Part shown: one piece after another, positions 8,787 through 17,040 of the stretch
How the letters are laid out: each line of letters begins with the position of its first letter
Numbering within the stretch: the first letter of the stretch is position 1
Origin: an uncultured Candidatus Saccharibacteria bacterium
GTDB lineage: Bacteria > Patescibacteriota > WWE3 > UBA101185 > UBA10185
Assembly (NCBI GenBank): GCA_964532965.1
Contig: CAZHJE010000004.1
Span: 1-35,046 of the forward strand
DNA length: 35,046 bases
Direction of reading: 5' to 3'
Program-made: the position numbers and the translations under genes
Notes under the pieces: generated by a model
What the model saw: only the letters and a program-made list of their open reading frames with translations
Database searches by the model: none
Told to the model about the DNA's origin: nothing

Positions 8787-9863
8787 ATGAGTAGGCTCTT
8801 TCTATACATAAAAGCATATGTCTTTTATATATTTTTATTCACAGTATTTGCAGTCAGGGTTGTAAACACATGTCATAGTATCTATAAATATGATTTGTTT
8901 ACTAAGTGCTTGATCTCAAAAATGTCTATAGGTGCAGATAACGGGGAATCGTACATCGCTACTAATATAGATAAGATGAGAAAAACAATGTCAAGTAGTG
9001 TCCGTAATTATCTCCCAAGTCCGCACTCAGAACTATTGCTTGGCATTGTTGTGGGTATAAACGATTTAACAAAAGTACCTGCGTTTAACGACATGGTTCG
9101 GAGTACCGGTACTATACATGTCGTTGTGGTTTCTGGCTACAATATTAGTTTAGTTTTTTCTTTGATTATTGGAATACTTGGAACTAAGTATAAATTTAAA
9201 AATTTTTTTATTGCGCAAATACTTGCGTTAATATATTCCATACTTTCGGGATTTGAGCCACCAGTTATTCGTGCGTGGATAATGGGATTAATTTCGTCTT
9301 TTGGAAATTATTTGGGGCGGCGTGTCAATGCACTAGACGCGCTGATATTGTCAGCACTAATGATGTTGGCATATAATCCAACATATTTTATTAGTTTAAG
9401 TTTTCAGCTCAGTTTTTTAGCAACATTAGGCTTAGTACTTTATGGGGATATTTTTTCAACCATTTTGAAAAGTAAAAACATTTTTATTGTTGATCTTAGT
9501 ACAACATTATCCGCACAAGTCTTTGTCTGGCCATTAATATCACATATATTTGAGAGTGTTAATATTATTAGCCCCCTTGTCAATTCATTAATTTTATGGA
9601 CTATACCGTTAGCAACAATTGTTGGAGGTATTTTTTTAGTTTCTACATTTATAAATCATTCTATTGCGTTACTATTGTCATACTTTGTTGTAGTTCCGTT
9701 GGATTTATTCATTAGATTAGGCCTTTTGTTTTCAAAACTTCCATTTAATTCTGTCGTGTTTCGGCCGAGCGCTAATTTTATTATTTTATATTATTTATTA
9801 ACACTTTTTTCACCTGTTTTTATGAAAAAAATCTTTAAAAAGAAAGGCTTTAATGAATCTTAA
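8787..9863 (+). CDS. comEC: ComEC/Rec2 competence channel domain (membrane part only)
   Basis: Polytopic membrane protein with a ComEC-type core (TGTIHVVVVSGYNIS...). It ends 11 nt inside the next ORF, just after an A7 run. Confidence 0.8.
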   Translation: MSRLFLYIKAYVFYIFLFTVFAVRVVNTCHSIYKYDLFTKCLISKMSIGADNGESYIATNIDKMRKTMSSSVRNYLPSPHSELLLGIVVGINDLTKVPAFNDMVRSTGTIHVVVVSGYNISLVFSLIIGILGTKYKFKNFFIAQILALIYSILSGFEPPVIRAWIMGLISSFGNYLGRRVNALDALILSALMMLAYNPTYFISLSFQLSFLATLGLVLYGDIFSTILKSKNIFIVDLSTTLSAQVFVWPLISHIFESVNIISPLVNSLILWTIPLATIVGGIFLVSTFINHSIALLLSYFVVVPLDLFIRLGLLFSKLPFNSVVFRPSANFIILYYLLTLFSPVFMKKIFKKKGFNES

Positions 9864-10701
9864 ATTTTTCTTTATTTTGTGTGTTTTATACTATTTATTA
9901 CGCTTATTACAGTTTGATCACTTAAATTCTCAAGACGATGGAAAATTAATTATTTATATGTTTGACGTTGGGCAAGGAGATTCTTTATTAATTAAAACAC
10001 CTCACAATAAGTATATCTTAGTTGATGGTGGTGATAACTATGACGTTGATTATCATATCTTTAACACACTACCTGGGTTTAGATGTAGTCTGGATTTAAT
10101 AATAGTTACGCATCCTCATAAAGATCATTTGTTTGGTGTAAATAGATTATTGCAACATTGCAATGTAAAAGAAGTCTTGCATGTTCCTGTTGACTATACA
10201 TCGTACGTTTTTGATGATTTTAAAAGATTATTAGCAACTAAGCATGTGGCTTCAAAGCCGGCATATCAGGGTGATGTTTTTACAATTGATAGTGTAACGC
10301 TATACTTCATTTGGCCTTCAAAAGCTTATATAAAGGATAAGGATTATAAAAATAATATAAATGATACTTCAATAGCGTTTTTATTAGATTACAACGATGT
10401 TGAATCATTGTTTTTGGGTGATATCGAAATTACTGCTCAAAAGTATTTGAATATCTTGGACATTAAAAAATATATTGAAGACAATAAGCTGGAGTTTTAT
10501 AAAGTTTCCCACCATGGCTCTATAAATGGAACACTTAATGCGCTAGTTTTAGAACTAAATCCTGTGCTTGCAGGTATTAGTGTTGGCAAAAACAATAAAT
10601 TTAGACATCCATCACCAGATATAATCGACTTTTTTATGAAAAACAACATAGAGTATTTTAGAACAGACCTTATGGGTACACTAAAATTATCGTTTTTGTA
10701 G
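9853..10701 (+). CDS. MBL-fold metallo-hydrolase, equivalent to the C-terminal domain of ComEC
   Basis: N-terminal TM helix, HxHxDH motif (VTHPHKDHLFG), and later the His motif KVSHHGS, as in the ComEC beta-lactamase-like domain. Confidence 0.82.
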   Translation: MNLKFFFILCVLYYLLRLLQFDHLNSQDDGKLIIYMFDVGQGDSLLIKTPHNKYILVDGGDNYDVDYHIFNTLPGFRCSLDLIIVTHPHKDHLFGVNRLLQHCNVKEVLHVPVDYTSYVFDDFKRLLATKHVASKPAYQGDVFTIDSVTLYFIWPSKAYIKDKDYKNNINDTSIAFLLDYNDVESLFLGDIEITAQKYLNILDIKKYIEDNKLEFYKVSHHGSINGTLNALVLELNPVLAGISVGKNNKFRHPSPDIIDFFMKNNIEYFRTDLMGTLKLSFL

Positions 10702-10718
10702 TATAATTCTTGTCACAT

Positions 10719-12653
10719 ATGTTAATCGAACTAATTAATAAAGCAGTAATAGATAGTGTTTACAAAGAATATGGCATTACTATTACTAAAGATACTTTTT
10801 TGATTGAACATCCCAATAATCCAGAGTATGGAGATTATTCTGTAAATGTGGCAATGTTGCTTGCAAAAACACTTAAGCAATCACCTTTGTCTATTGCCAA
10901 AGCACTACACTATAAGATAGAGGAGTATTTAAAAGATGAAGACAAAAACAAAATTTTTTCCAAACTCCAAGTAGCAGGAAATGGTTTCATTAACTTTTAT
11001 TTATCTCTGTCTTGGTTAACAAGTTTACCCGTAAACATACTAGCTGCCGGTGATAATTATGGGGCTAACGATAAATATAAAAATGAAAAGATTGCACTCG
11101 AGCATTCTAATGTTAATCCAAATAAAGCAGCTCATGTAGGGCATTTAAGAAATGCATGTATTGGGCAATTTATCGAACGAGTTTACGAGTTTTTAGGCGC
11201 TGATGTAAATGTGCAGTATCTTGATAATGATCTTGGTGTTCAAGTTACAACATCATTAATGGGTGTAAATAAAATAAAAGATATAAGTCCTAATGATTAT
11301 AAAAAGTATGATCACTATGCTTGGGATGTTTATGCAAGAATGGAAAATGAAATATCTAATTCTCAGGAGCTTCAAGAAGAAAGAAAAAGGCTTGTTGCAG
11401 TACTTGAAGATGAGACGAACCCCATATCTGTAGAACAAGTGAAATTATCAGAAAGAATACTTAAGGAACAACTAAAAACTTTTATTGAGTTAGATTTTGA
11501 TTATGACGTGATAATTAGAGAAAGAGATATTGTAAGTTTAAAACTTTGGGAAAAAGCATTTGAGCAGCTTAAGAAGAATGCTAGTTTTTATTTGGCTACA
11601 GATGGTTTATCTAAAGGGTGTTGGTTGATTAAGCTACCAAAAGATGTTGATCAACCTAAAAACGAAGACATTGAAGAAGATAAAATTATTGTACGATCAA
11701 ACGGCGTGCCAACTTATACTGGAAAAGACATTGCGTACCATATGTGGAAGTATGGGTTACTTAATTTGGATTTTTATTATATTGACTTTGCACAAGGGTT
11801 ACAAGAAAAATCACTATATGTAACAGCTTATAAACAAGATGGTTCTATACCCGGTGTCTCTTTTACAGATAATACTATGGCAATTAATGTTGTAGATGTA
11901 AAACAAACATATGCACTAGATTCGGTGCGACAAGCTCTTTACTATCTAGGATATAAGACCGAGTCAAATAAAATGATTCACGTAAACTATGGTTTTGTGT
12001 ATTTATCGCCAAAAACCGCAAAAGACTTAGGCATTGACACTTCGGATAATAAAACAAGATATGGTATGAGCGGTAGGAAAGGTTGGGGCATTAAAATAGA
12101 TGATTTTATCGAAATGGTAGATGTTAAGCTTACCCAAGAATATGGGGATTTCAATGCAAAAAAAGACGTCAGAAATGGTGCTATAAAATTTGAAATGCTT
12201 AAATATAATACCTTTCAGGATTTAGTATTTGATTTGGATTCTGCATTAAATATGCATGGTTTTTCTGGACCATATATTCAATATACCCACGCAAGAGCGT
12301 CTTCGATATTAACCAAAGCAAAGGAACAAGGAATAGCTATAAAAGATATAGTTGATAATAAGGTCACGGTAAATGAGACTGACTTAAATAAAAAAGAAAT
12401 AGATATACTACGTCACATATATATCTTTCCAGAAATAGTAGAAAGATCTGCACAAGAATTCGCCCCGAATATAATGTGTAATTTTCTTTTTGAACTAGCA
12501 CAAAAATACAATACTTTTTATAACGATGTAACTATTCTTGGTGAAAAAGATGCTTTAAAAAGAGATTATAGATTAATCATCACTAATTCGGTTATTAAAG
12601 TACTAAGTACCGGACTTTATTTACTTGGTATAAATTCTCCTAGTACTATATAA
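10719..12653 (+). CDS. argS: arginine--tRNA ligase
   Basis: Class I HIGH-type motif NPNKAAHVGHLRN, the GMSGRKG region, and DALR anticodon-binding signature PYIQYTHARASSIL. The ATG at 10719 is preferred over the TTG at 10710. Confidence 0.9.
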   Translation: MLIELINKAVIDSVYKEYGITITKDTFLIEHPNNPEYGDYSVNVAMLLAKTLKQSPLSIAKALHYKIEEYLKDEDKNKIFSKLQVAGNGFINFYLSLSWLTSLPVNILAAGDNYGANDKYKNEKIALEHSNVNPNKAAHVGHLRNACIGQFIERVYEFLGADVNVQYLDNDLGVQVTTSLMGVNKIKDISPNDYKKYDHYAWDVYARMENEISNSQELQEERKRLVAVLEDETNPISVEQVKLSERILKEQLKTFIELDFDYDVIIRERDIVSLKLWEKAFEQLKKNASFYLATDGLSKGCWLIKLPKDVDQPKNEDIEEDKIIVRSNGVPTYTGKDIAYHMWKYGLLNLDFYYIDFAQGLQEKSLYVTAYKQDGSIPGVSFTDNTMAINVVDVKQTYALDSVRQALYYLGYKTESNKMIHVNYGFVYLSPKTAKDLGIDTSDNKTRYGMSGRKGWGIKIDDFIEMVDVKLTQEYGDFNAKKDVRNGAIKFEMLKYNTFQDLVFDLDSALNMHGFSGPYIQYTHARASSILTKAKEQGIAIKDIVDNKVTVNETDLNKKEIDILRHIYIFPEIVERSAQEFAPNIMCNFLFELAQKYNTFYNDVTILGEKDALKRDYRLIITNSVIKVLSTGLYLLGINSPSTI

Positions 12654-12661
12654 TTTGTATA

Positions 12662-13672
12662 ATGTTTAAATCAAAAAAAGATAAACCTTCTTTTGCTAAG
12701 AGATTTTTAAGATCCGCCGTGTCGATAACTATACTTTCTGCTTTTGTAATTATTTTATCAATTTTTGTCAAAGCTTTATCTAGTTTGAACAAGCAGAGTT
12801 TTGTATCTTTAACATCTCCTATTGCAAATAAATTAGGTCTAAGTAAAGACGATGTTGGGGAAGTAGCAGGTGAGTTTGCGCAAAGAGTATCTGAAACCAA
12901 AATAAACCCTAAAAATACTGTAAATGCACTTGATAACTCGAAGACAAGTAGCGAAGATAAAAATGAGAACATCGAGCAAGCATTATTTAAAATAGCGTTA
13001 CTTGCAGATTCACACAATGCTAATGATAATTTAAAGCAGGCAGTAGAACAAATAAATAACGAAGGCATAAGATACATGGTGTATCTTGGTGATTTAACCG
13101 ATTGGGGGGATATTGCGTCGCTAAAAAAAGCACAAGAAATATTAAACACTTTTACACATGCCTATTTTGTACTCCCAGGGGATCATGATTTAGCACAATC
13201 TGTAGGACTAGATAATTTTTTAACAGTTTTTGAATCGCCAAATACGATATTAACACTTGGAGATTACAAATTTGTTTTATTTGATAATAGTGCCAACTAT
13301 ACACCTATAACTGAAGGTAATATGCATTGGTTACTTTTGAATATTAAAGATGCTGACTTTGTCATACTATCCCAACCTTTGTACCACCCTATAAATACAA
13401 GAATTATGGGTATTGTTGATTACGAAGTTGTAAAAGATGTAAAAGAACAAGCAGATGTGATACTTAACGCAATACGAGTATCTAATGTAGAGGCGGTTAT
13501 TTCTGCAGATCAGCACCAATCAAGTATAAATATAGATCCAGAAAGAGAGTCATTAAAACATATTGTAGTTGGTGCCTTGGCATCAGAAAGAAACTATCAG
13601 ACACCAAGATATAGTATTTTAAACTTGTTTGAAGATAATAACTATACTATTGAAGATATTATTTTGGAATGA
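12662..13672 (+). CDS. membrane-anchored metallophosphoesterase (calcineurin-like)
   Basis: N-terminal TM, then the motifs IALLADSHN, GDLTDWG and LPGDHD. Confidence 0.75.
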   Translation: MFKSKKDKPSFAKRFLRSAVSITILSAFVIILSIFVKALSSLNKQSFVSLTSPIANKLGLSKDDVGEVAGEFAQRVSETKINPKNTVNALDNSKTSSEDKNENIEQALFKIALLADSHNANDNLKQAVEQINNEGIRYMVYLGDLTDWGDIASLKKAQEILNTFTHAYFVLPGDHDLAQSVGLDNFLTVFESPNTILTLGDYKFVLFDNSANYTPITEGNMHWLLLNIKDADFVILSQPLYHPINTRIMGIVDYEVVKDVKEQADVILNAIRVSNVEAVISADQHQSSINIDPERESLKHIVVGALASERNYQTPRYSILNLFEDNNYTIEDIILE

Positions 13673-13684
13673 TATTATTCGTCT

Positions 13685-14266
13685 ATGATTGAACGATCTT
13701 TAGTATTATTAAAACCAGATGCAGTTAAAAGAGGCGTAGTTGGTGAAATTATTCATAGATTTGAAAGAGCTGGTTTAAAGATTGTTGGGTCTAAAATTCT
13801 TCAAGCTAGCAAAGATGTAGCAAAAACCCATTATAAGAAAGATGAAGATTGGCAAAGAAAGGTTGGGGAGTTCAATATAAAAGATTGTGAAAAATTTGGG
13901 CTGTCTTCAGAAGATATATTTGGTACAACTGATCCACTAGAAATTGGGAAGACTGTTAATGAGTGGTTATATTGCATGTTTGATATTGGGCCAGTTTTTG
14001 CTTTTGTCTTTGAAGGGCCTAATGCAGTGTCAAAAATCAGAAATTTGGTTGGTTCGACGTTTCCTGATGTTGCACCTCCAGGAACAATACGAGGTGATTA
14101 TGGCTTAGACTCTGCTTTTTCAAGTTTAAAACGAAAAAGAGCGGTATTGAATCTTATTCATGCATCTGGTACTTCTGAAGAAGCAATTGAAGAGATAAAG
14201 CTTTGGTTTAAGCCTGATGAGCTATTAGAATACAAGAGAATTCATGAAGATTTATATAATTATTAA
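13685..14266 (+). CDS. ndk: nucleoside-diphosphate kinase (long form with an internal insertion)
   Basis: ERSLVLLKPDAVKRGVVGEIIHRFERAGLKIVG, GTIRGDYG, and the active-site His in NLIHASGT. Confidence 0.88.
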   Translation: MIERSLVLLKPDAVKRGVVGEIIHRFERAGLKIVGSKILQASKDVAKTHYKKDEDWQRKVGEFNIKDCEKFGLSSEDIFGTTDPLEIGKTVNEWLYCMFDIGPVFAFVFEGPNAVSKIRNLVGSTFPDVAPPGTIRGDYGLDSAFSSLKRKRAVLNLIHASGTSEEAIEEIKLWFKPDELLEYKRIHEDLYNY

Positions 14267-14346
14267 TTAATGCAACAAAAACCCTCAGACTATTGAAGAA
14301 GCAAGAAAATACTTTTTAACATCTGAATTTTAATAATCACATTTTA

Positions 14347-14434
14347 TGGCGGAGGGGGTGGGATTCGAACCCACGTGTGCTTTCACACGCATGGTTTTCA
14401 AGACCAGCCAGATAGACCGCTCCTGCACCCCTCC
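14347..14434 (-). tRNA. tRNA-Ser (anticodon UGA), long variable arm, CCA encoded
   Basis: On the reverse strand: acceptor GGAGGGG/CCCCTCC, 3-bp D stem, anticodon loop CTTGAAA, 16-nt variable arm, T loop TTCGAAT, discriminator G plus CCA. Confidence 0.9.
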
Positions 14435-14516
14435 AGACCTGTACATTTATGTATTTTAACACAGGATGTTATAATTTCTTAACTTAAAAGTTGCTTCGCA
14501 AGCAACCTTTGGTTGG

Positions 14517-14545
14517 ATACTTGCGTACTCTGGTAGATGAAGTTG
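14517..14545 (+). repeat. intergenic motif, degenerate copy B2: ATACTTGCGTACTCTGGTAGATGAAGTTG
   Basis: Shares the ordered blocks TAC, TGCGT, CTGGTAG and AGTTG with copies A and B1. Confidence 0.6.
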
Positions 14546-14588
14546 CACCAACTTGTTGGGTTTTGCATAGAAAATAAATTGCAGCATG

Positions 14589-14617
14589 CTACCTGCGTTA
14601 GCTGGTAATAGTTGATA
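14589..14617 (+). repeat. intergenic motif copy B1: CTACCTGCGTTAGCTGGTAATAGTTGATA
   Basis: 28 of 29 nt identical to 7872-7900. It ends 14 nt upstream of tRNA-Arg. Confidence 0.85.
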
Positions 14618-14631
14618 ATTTTGACACCTTT

Positions 14632-14706
14632 GCCCCTGTAGTTAAATGGATATAACCTACCCCTCCTAAGGGTAAATTGCAGGTTCGATTCCTGCCTGGG
14701 GCACCA
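14632..14706 (+). tRNA. tRNA-Arg (anticodon CCU), CCA encoded
   Basis: Acceptor GCCCCTG/CTGGGGC with one U6-U67 mismatch, D arm GTTA/TAAC with GG in the loop, anticodon loop CTCCTAA, T arm GCAGG-TTCGATT-CCTGC, discriminator A plus CCA. Confidence 0.85.
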
Positions 14707-14732
14707 TGTTGAATAAAATAAAAAAATAAATG

Positions 14733-16127
14733 TTAATCTGGAATAAAATACCTATTTCCACTAAGCAATTCTTTTGATAATGACTCTAAAGACTTGTTTG
14801 AAGCCACATTTACGATACTTAAATCACTAAATATAATATATGGCAGTTGTACCGATAAAATAGCCGGTTTAACCTCTTTCCAAGGGGAAGATGTATGCCT
14901 ATACTCGAAAAGTGTATTTATCTCATTTGTGTCGATATTTAGGTTATATACCCCAGTCAAGGTTTGAAATGCTAAATTAGAATCATCTATCCACAATATT
15001 GAAAGAATCTTCCTAGCTATATTCATGCAATAGTTATCGGCAAACTCAAAATTTCTAAACAGTTCTGTTTTATTATTAGTTTGTAAATCTAGTAGCATTA
15101 TGGTGCCTCCGCGTGAGCCATATTTTGTAAGTAAGTATGTCTCGCCAAATTGCAGGCAATTCTCGGCGCCAATCGAATAGTATAGTGCCATCTGCTCTGG
15201 AGTATCTAATTTATTTAGATCCTCAGGTGCTACAGGACCAAATGAACCAATATACGCTACTTTTGTACCACTTGGGTTAATAAAAGCCCTTGCTGGGGTA
15301 TCTTCACCTTCTGCTATTGGTGGTAAGTTTTGTAGTTTTTCAAGATTTTTTATATTGCGGTCGAGCTTATACCATTGCTCCCACCATGCAGCACCATCTC
15401 CTCCTATATCATTTAGATATAATGTTTTAGAATCTGGTGATTTTGCCAAAAACTTAAAGCCAGAGTATATTTGAGTCCTTTCGCTTAGAAAGTAGCTATC
15501 TGTTTCTTTGTTTGTGTTTAAAGAAAAAATCTTTAATCTTGAATTCTCTGCAAAGTCATATTTACCCTCGGAGGCTATATAGGCAATAGAAGAGCCATTA
15601 TCTACAAATTTTGCATCAGTAACTCTTTCATTGGTAGAGCTGTCTAATTGTACGGTTAATATCTTTGCAGGTGCGGCTCCTTGTAGCGAAACATCTAACT
15701 CGTAAATATCAGCAAATGTTTCTAAATTTTGAATTATTAGTATTGTGTTATCTTTCCATGTATTGGTAACTATATCTATGGTCCCTGTATCAAAGGTAAA
15801 TGAGTGTGTTTTTATATCTCTTTCATTTAGATTTTTACCCGGTTTAAAGATACTATAAACACCTTTCTCATCGGTGCTGTAGTCTACAACCAAAACTTTT
15901 GGCAGGTTTGCTGAGGTTATACTAGTGCTTTGATTTTGGTTTATATTTGTATAAATATTTTCTTTCAGAATTTTATATTTTTTATATGGGTAAAGTATAA
16001 AAGTAATCGCAAGCAACACTGCGACTACACCTAATAGTATTACTTTATGCTGTTTTGCTTTATTTACAGAACTAGTTTTTGGCGTGTTTTCCATGTGTAT
16101 TAAAGTATACATTTTTTTTGAGTACAC
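14733..16127 (-). CDS. hypothetical TM-anchored extracytoplasmic protein, probably beta-propeller-like
   Basis: 464-aa ORF with one N-terminal TM (LLGVVAVLLAITFILYPY) and a beta-rich ectodomain. No catalytic motif. GTG start at 16127; alternative ATG starts at 16112 and 16094. Confidence 0.65.
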   Translation of the reverse strand: MYSKKMYTLIHMENTPKTSSVNKAKQHKVILLGVVAVLLAITFILYPYKKYKILKENIYTNINQNQSTSITSANLPKVLVVDYSTDEKGVYSIFKPGKNLNERDIKTHSFTFDTGTIDIVTNTWKDNTILIIQNLETFADIYELDVSLQGAAPAKILTVQLDSSTNERVTDAKFVDNGSSIAYIASEGKYDFAENSRLKIFSLNTNKETDSYFLSERTQIYSGFKFLAKSPDSKTLYLNDIGGDGAAWWEQWYKLDRNIKNLEKLQNLPPIAEGEDTPARAFINPSGTKVAYIGSFGPVAPEDLNKLDTPEQMALYYSIGAENCLQFGETYLLTKYGSRGGTIMLLDLQTNNKTELFRNFEFADNYCMNIARKILSILWIDDSNLAFQTLTGVYNLNIDTNEINTLFEYRHTSSPWKEVKPAILSVQLPYIIFSDLSIVNVASNKSLESLSKELLSGNRYFIPD

Positions 16128-16164
16128 AGAAAGTATGATGGTGTGGATTAAAAAACAATCAAGC

Positions 16165-16193
16165 TAGACAAGATTATGAAATAAAAATATAAT
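16165..16193 (+). promoter_or_regulatory. sigma70-like promoter TAGACA-17-TATAAT
   Basis: TAGACA at 16165-16170, a 17-nt spacer, TATAAT at 16188-16193. It lies in the divergent intergenic region. Confidence 0.6.
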
Positions 16194-16199
16194 ATGAGT

Positions 16200-16315
16200 G
16201 CTTAAATCCCAACCACGATATTAAGCTCCCCCTGAGCTCTCGTGGTTGGGTCACTAAAGGTAAAACTTTAGTGGGTAGCAGTAATGCTACTGCTTGAGGG
16301 GAGCTTTGTGTTTTA
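16200..16315 (+). ncRNA. candidate structured RNA (independent sRNA or structured 5' leader of the sortase gene), family unknown
   Basis: Three perfect stems plus a long-range complementarity. P1 pairs 16208-16218 with 16240-16250 (11 bp). P2 pairs 16252-16259 with 16266-16273 (8 bp). P3 pairs 16275-16280 with 16285-16290 (6 bp, GUAA loop). Segment 16223-16231 is complementary to 16298-16306 (9 nt). A U-rich tail follows. Confidence 0.5.
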
Positions 16316-16340
16316 ACTTTTAAAATGCTAATCTTTAAAT

Positions 16341-17039
16341 GTGCCCAAGACTTACACCTATAAGCAGAAATTAAGTAAATCACAGATAAAATTATATAAA
16401 ATTATTGCTAATATATTGGTCTTGTGCGGTATCTTTTTGATACTTTTTCCATTTTTTCCAGTTATTAAAGATGAAATATGGTATAAGTTTCGCCAGTTTA
16501 AAAACCAGCAATATGTTTTAGCTGAAGCGAACAATGAGCCTACTGAGAGTGTATTTGCAAGTTTAATATCTGATCATCCAATTCAAATACAACCAGTTAA
16601 TAAAGATTTTTCAATTGTTATCGAAAAAATAGGTGTAAACGCCCCAGTCAAAGCTGATGTTTCTGTTACTGATTCTAAAGCTTATACAGAGGCATTAAAA
16701 GAAGGTGTTGCGCATGCTTTAGTATCCTCATATCCTAGCGCACAGCCGGGCAATGTATATCTGTTTGCACATGCCTCTGTAAATTTTTGGCAACTTGGTA
16801 AATACGCCACAGTATTTAATTTACTCAGAAAGTTAGAACCGGGAGATAAAATTCATGTTTTTTATGATGGGCAAGATTATGTATACGAAACAATTGGTAA
16901 AGAAGTATTAAAAGGTTGGAATACATACCCAATAACGCGACCTGTCCTTGAACCTATACTTACTTTGCAAACATGCGATCCACCGGGAACAACACTAAAT
17001 AGGTTAGTAGTTACAGCAAAATTAATTAGTTCTAACTAA
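16341..17039 (+). CDS. sortase family transpeptidase (second copy)
   Basis: N-terminal TM, His region YLFAHAS, catalytic LTLQTCDPPG and Arg in NRLVV. GTG start with no obvious SD. Confidence 0.82.
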   Translation: MPKTYTYKQKLSKSQIKLYKIIANILVLCGIFLILFPFFPVIKDEIWYKFRQFKNQQYVLAEANNEPTESVFASLISDHPIQIQPVNKDFSIVIEKIGVNAPVKADVSVTDSKAYTEALKEGVAHALVSSYPSAQPGNVYLFAHASVNFWQLGKYATVFNLLRKLEPGDKIHVFYDGQDYVYETIGKEVLKGWNTYPITRPVLEPILTLQTCDPPGTTLNRLVVTAKLISSN

Positions 17040-17040
17040 G

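Noticed and set aside
12646-13149. A 167-aa reverse ORF overlaps the phosphoesterase gene. Similar antisense or shadow ORFs lie at 1774-2088, 2900-3085, 3169-3357, 3794-4375, 4987-5232, 6421-6790, 8161-8379, 11256-11438, 17795-18124, 19085-19645, 20024-20212, 23487-23714, 24794-25303, 28157-28495, 28876-29217, 30253-30951 and 31159-31353.
   Set aside because: Each is embedded in, or overlaps, a longer ORF with clear family motifs on the other strand or frame. None has a recognisable domain.
7872-14617. The 29-nt direct repeats at 7872 and 14589, one next to tRNA genes, could be att sites bounding an integrated element of about 6.7 kb.
   Set aside because: The enclosed genes are core housekeeping and competence genes (comEA, comEC, argS, ndk and a phosphoesterase). 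There is no integrase, and further degenerate copies exist elsewhere. A dispersed regulatory motif explains the data better.
16174-16383. A 69-aa reverse-strand ORF covers the structured-RNA region.
   Set aside because: It overlaps the sortase start, has no SD or recognisable domain, and its sequence is dictated by the RNA stems. It is treated as spurious.
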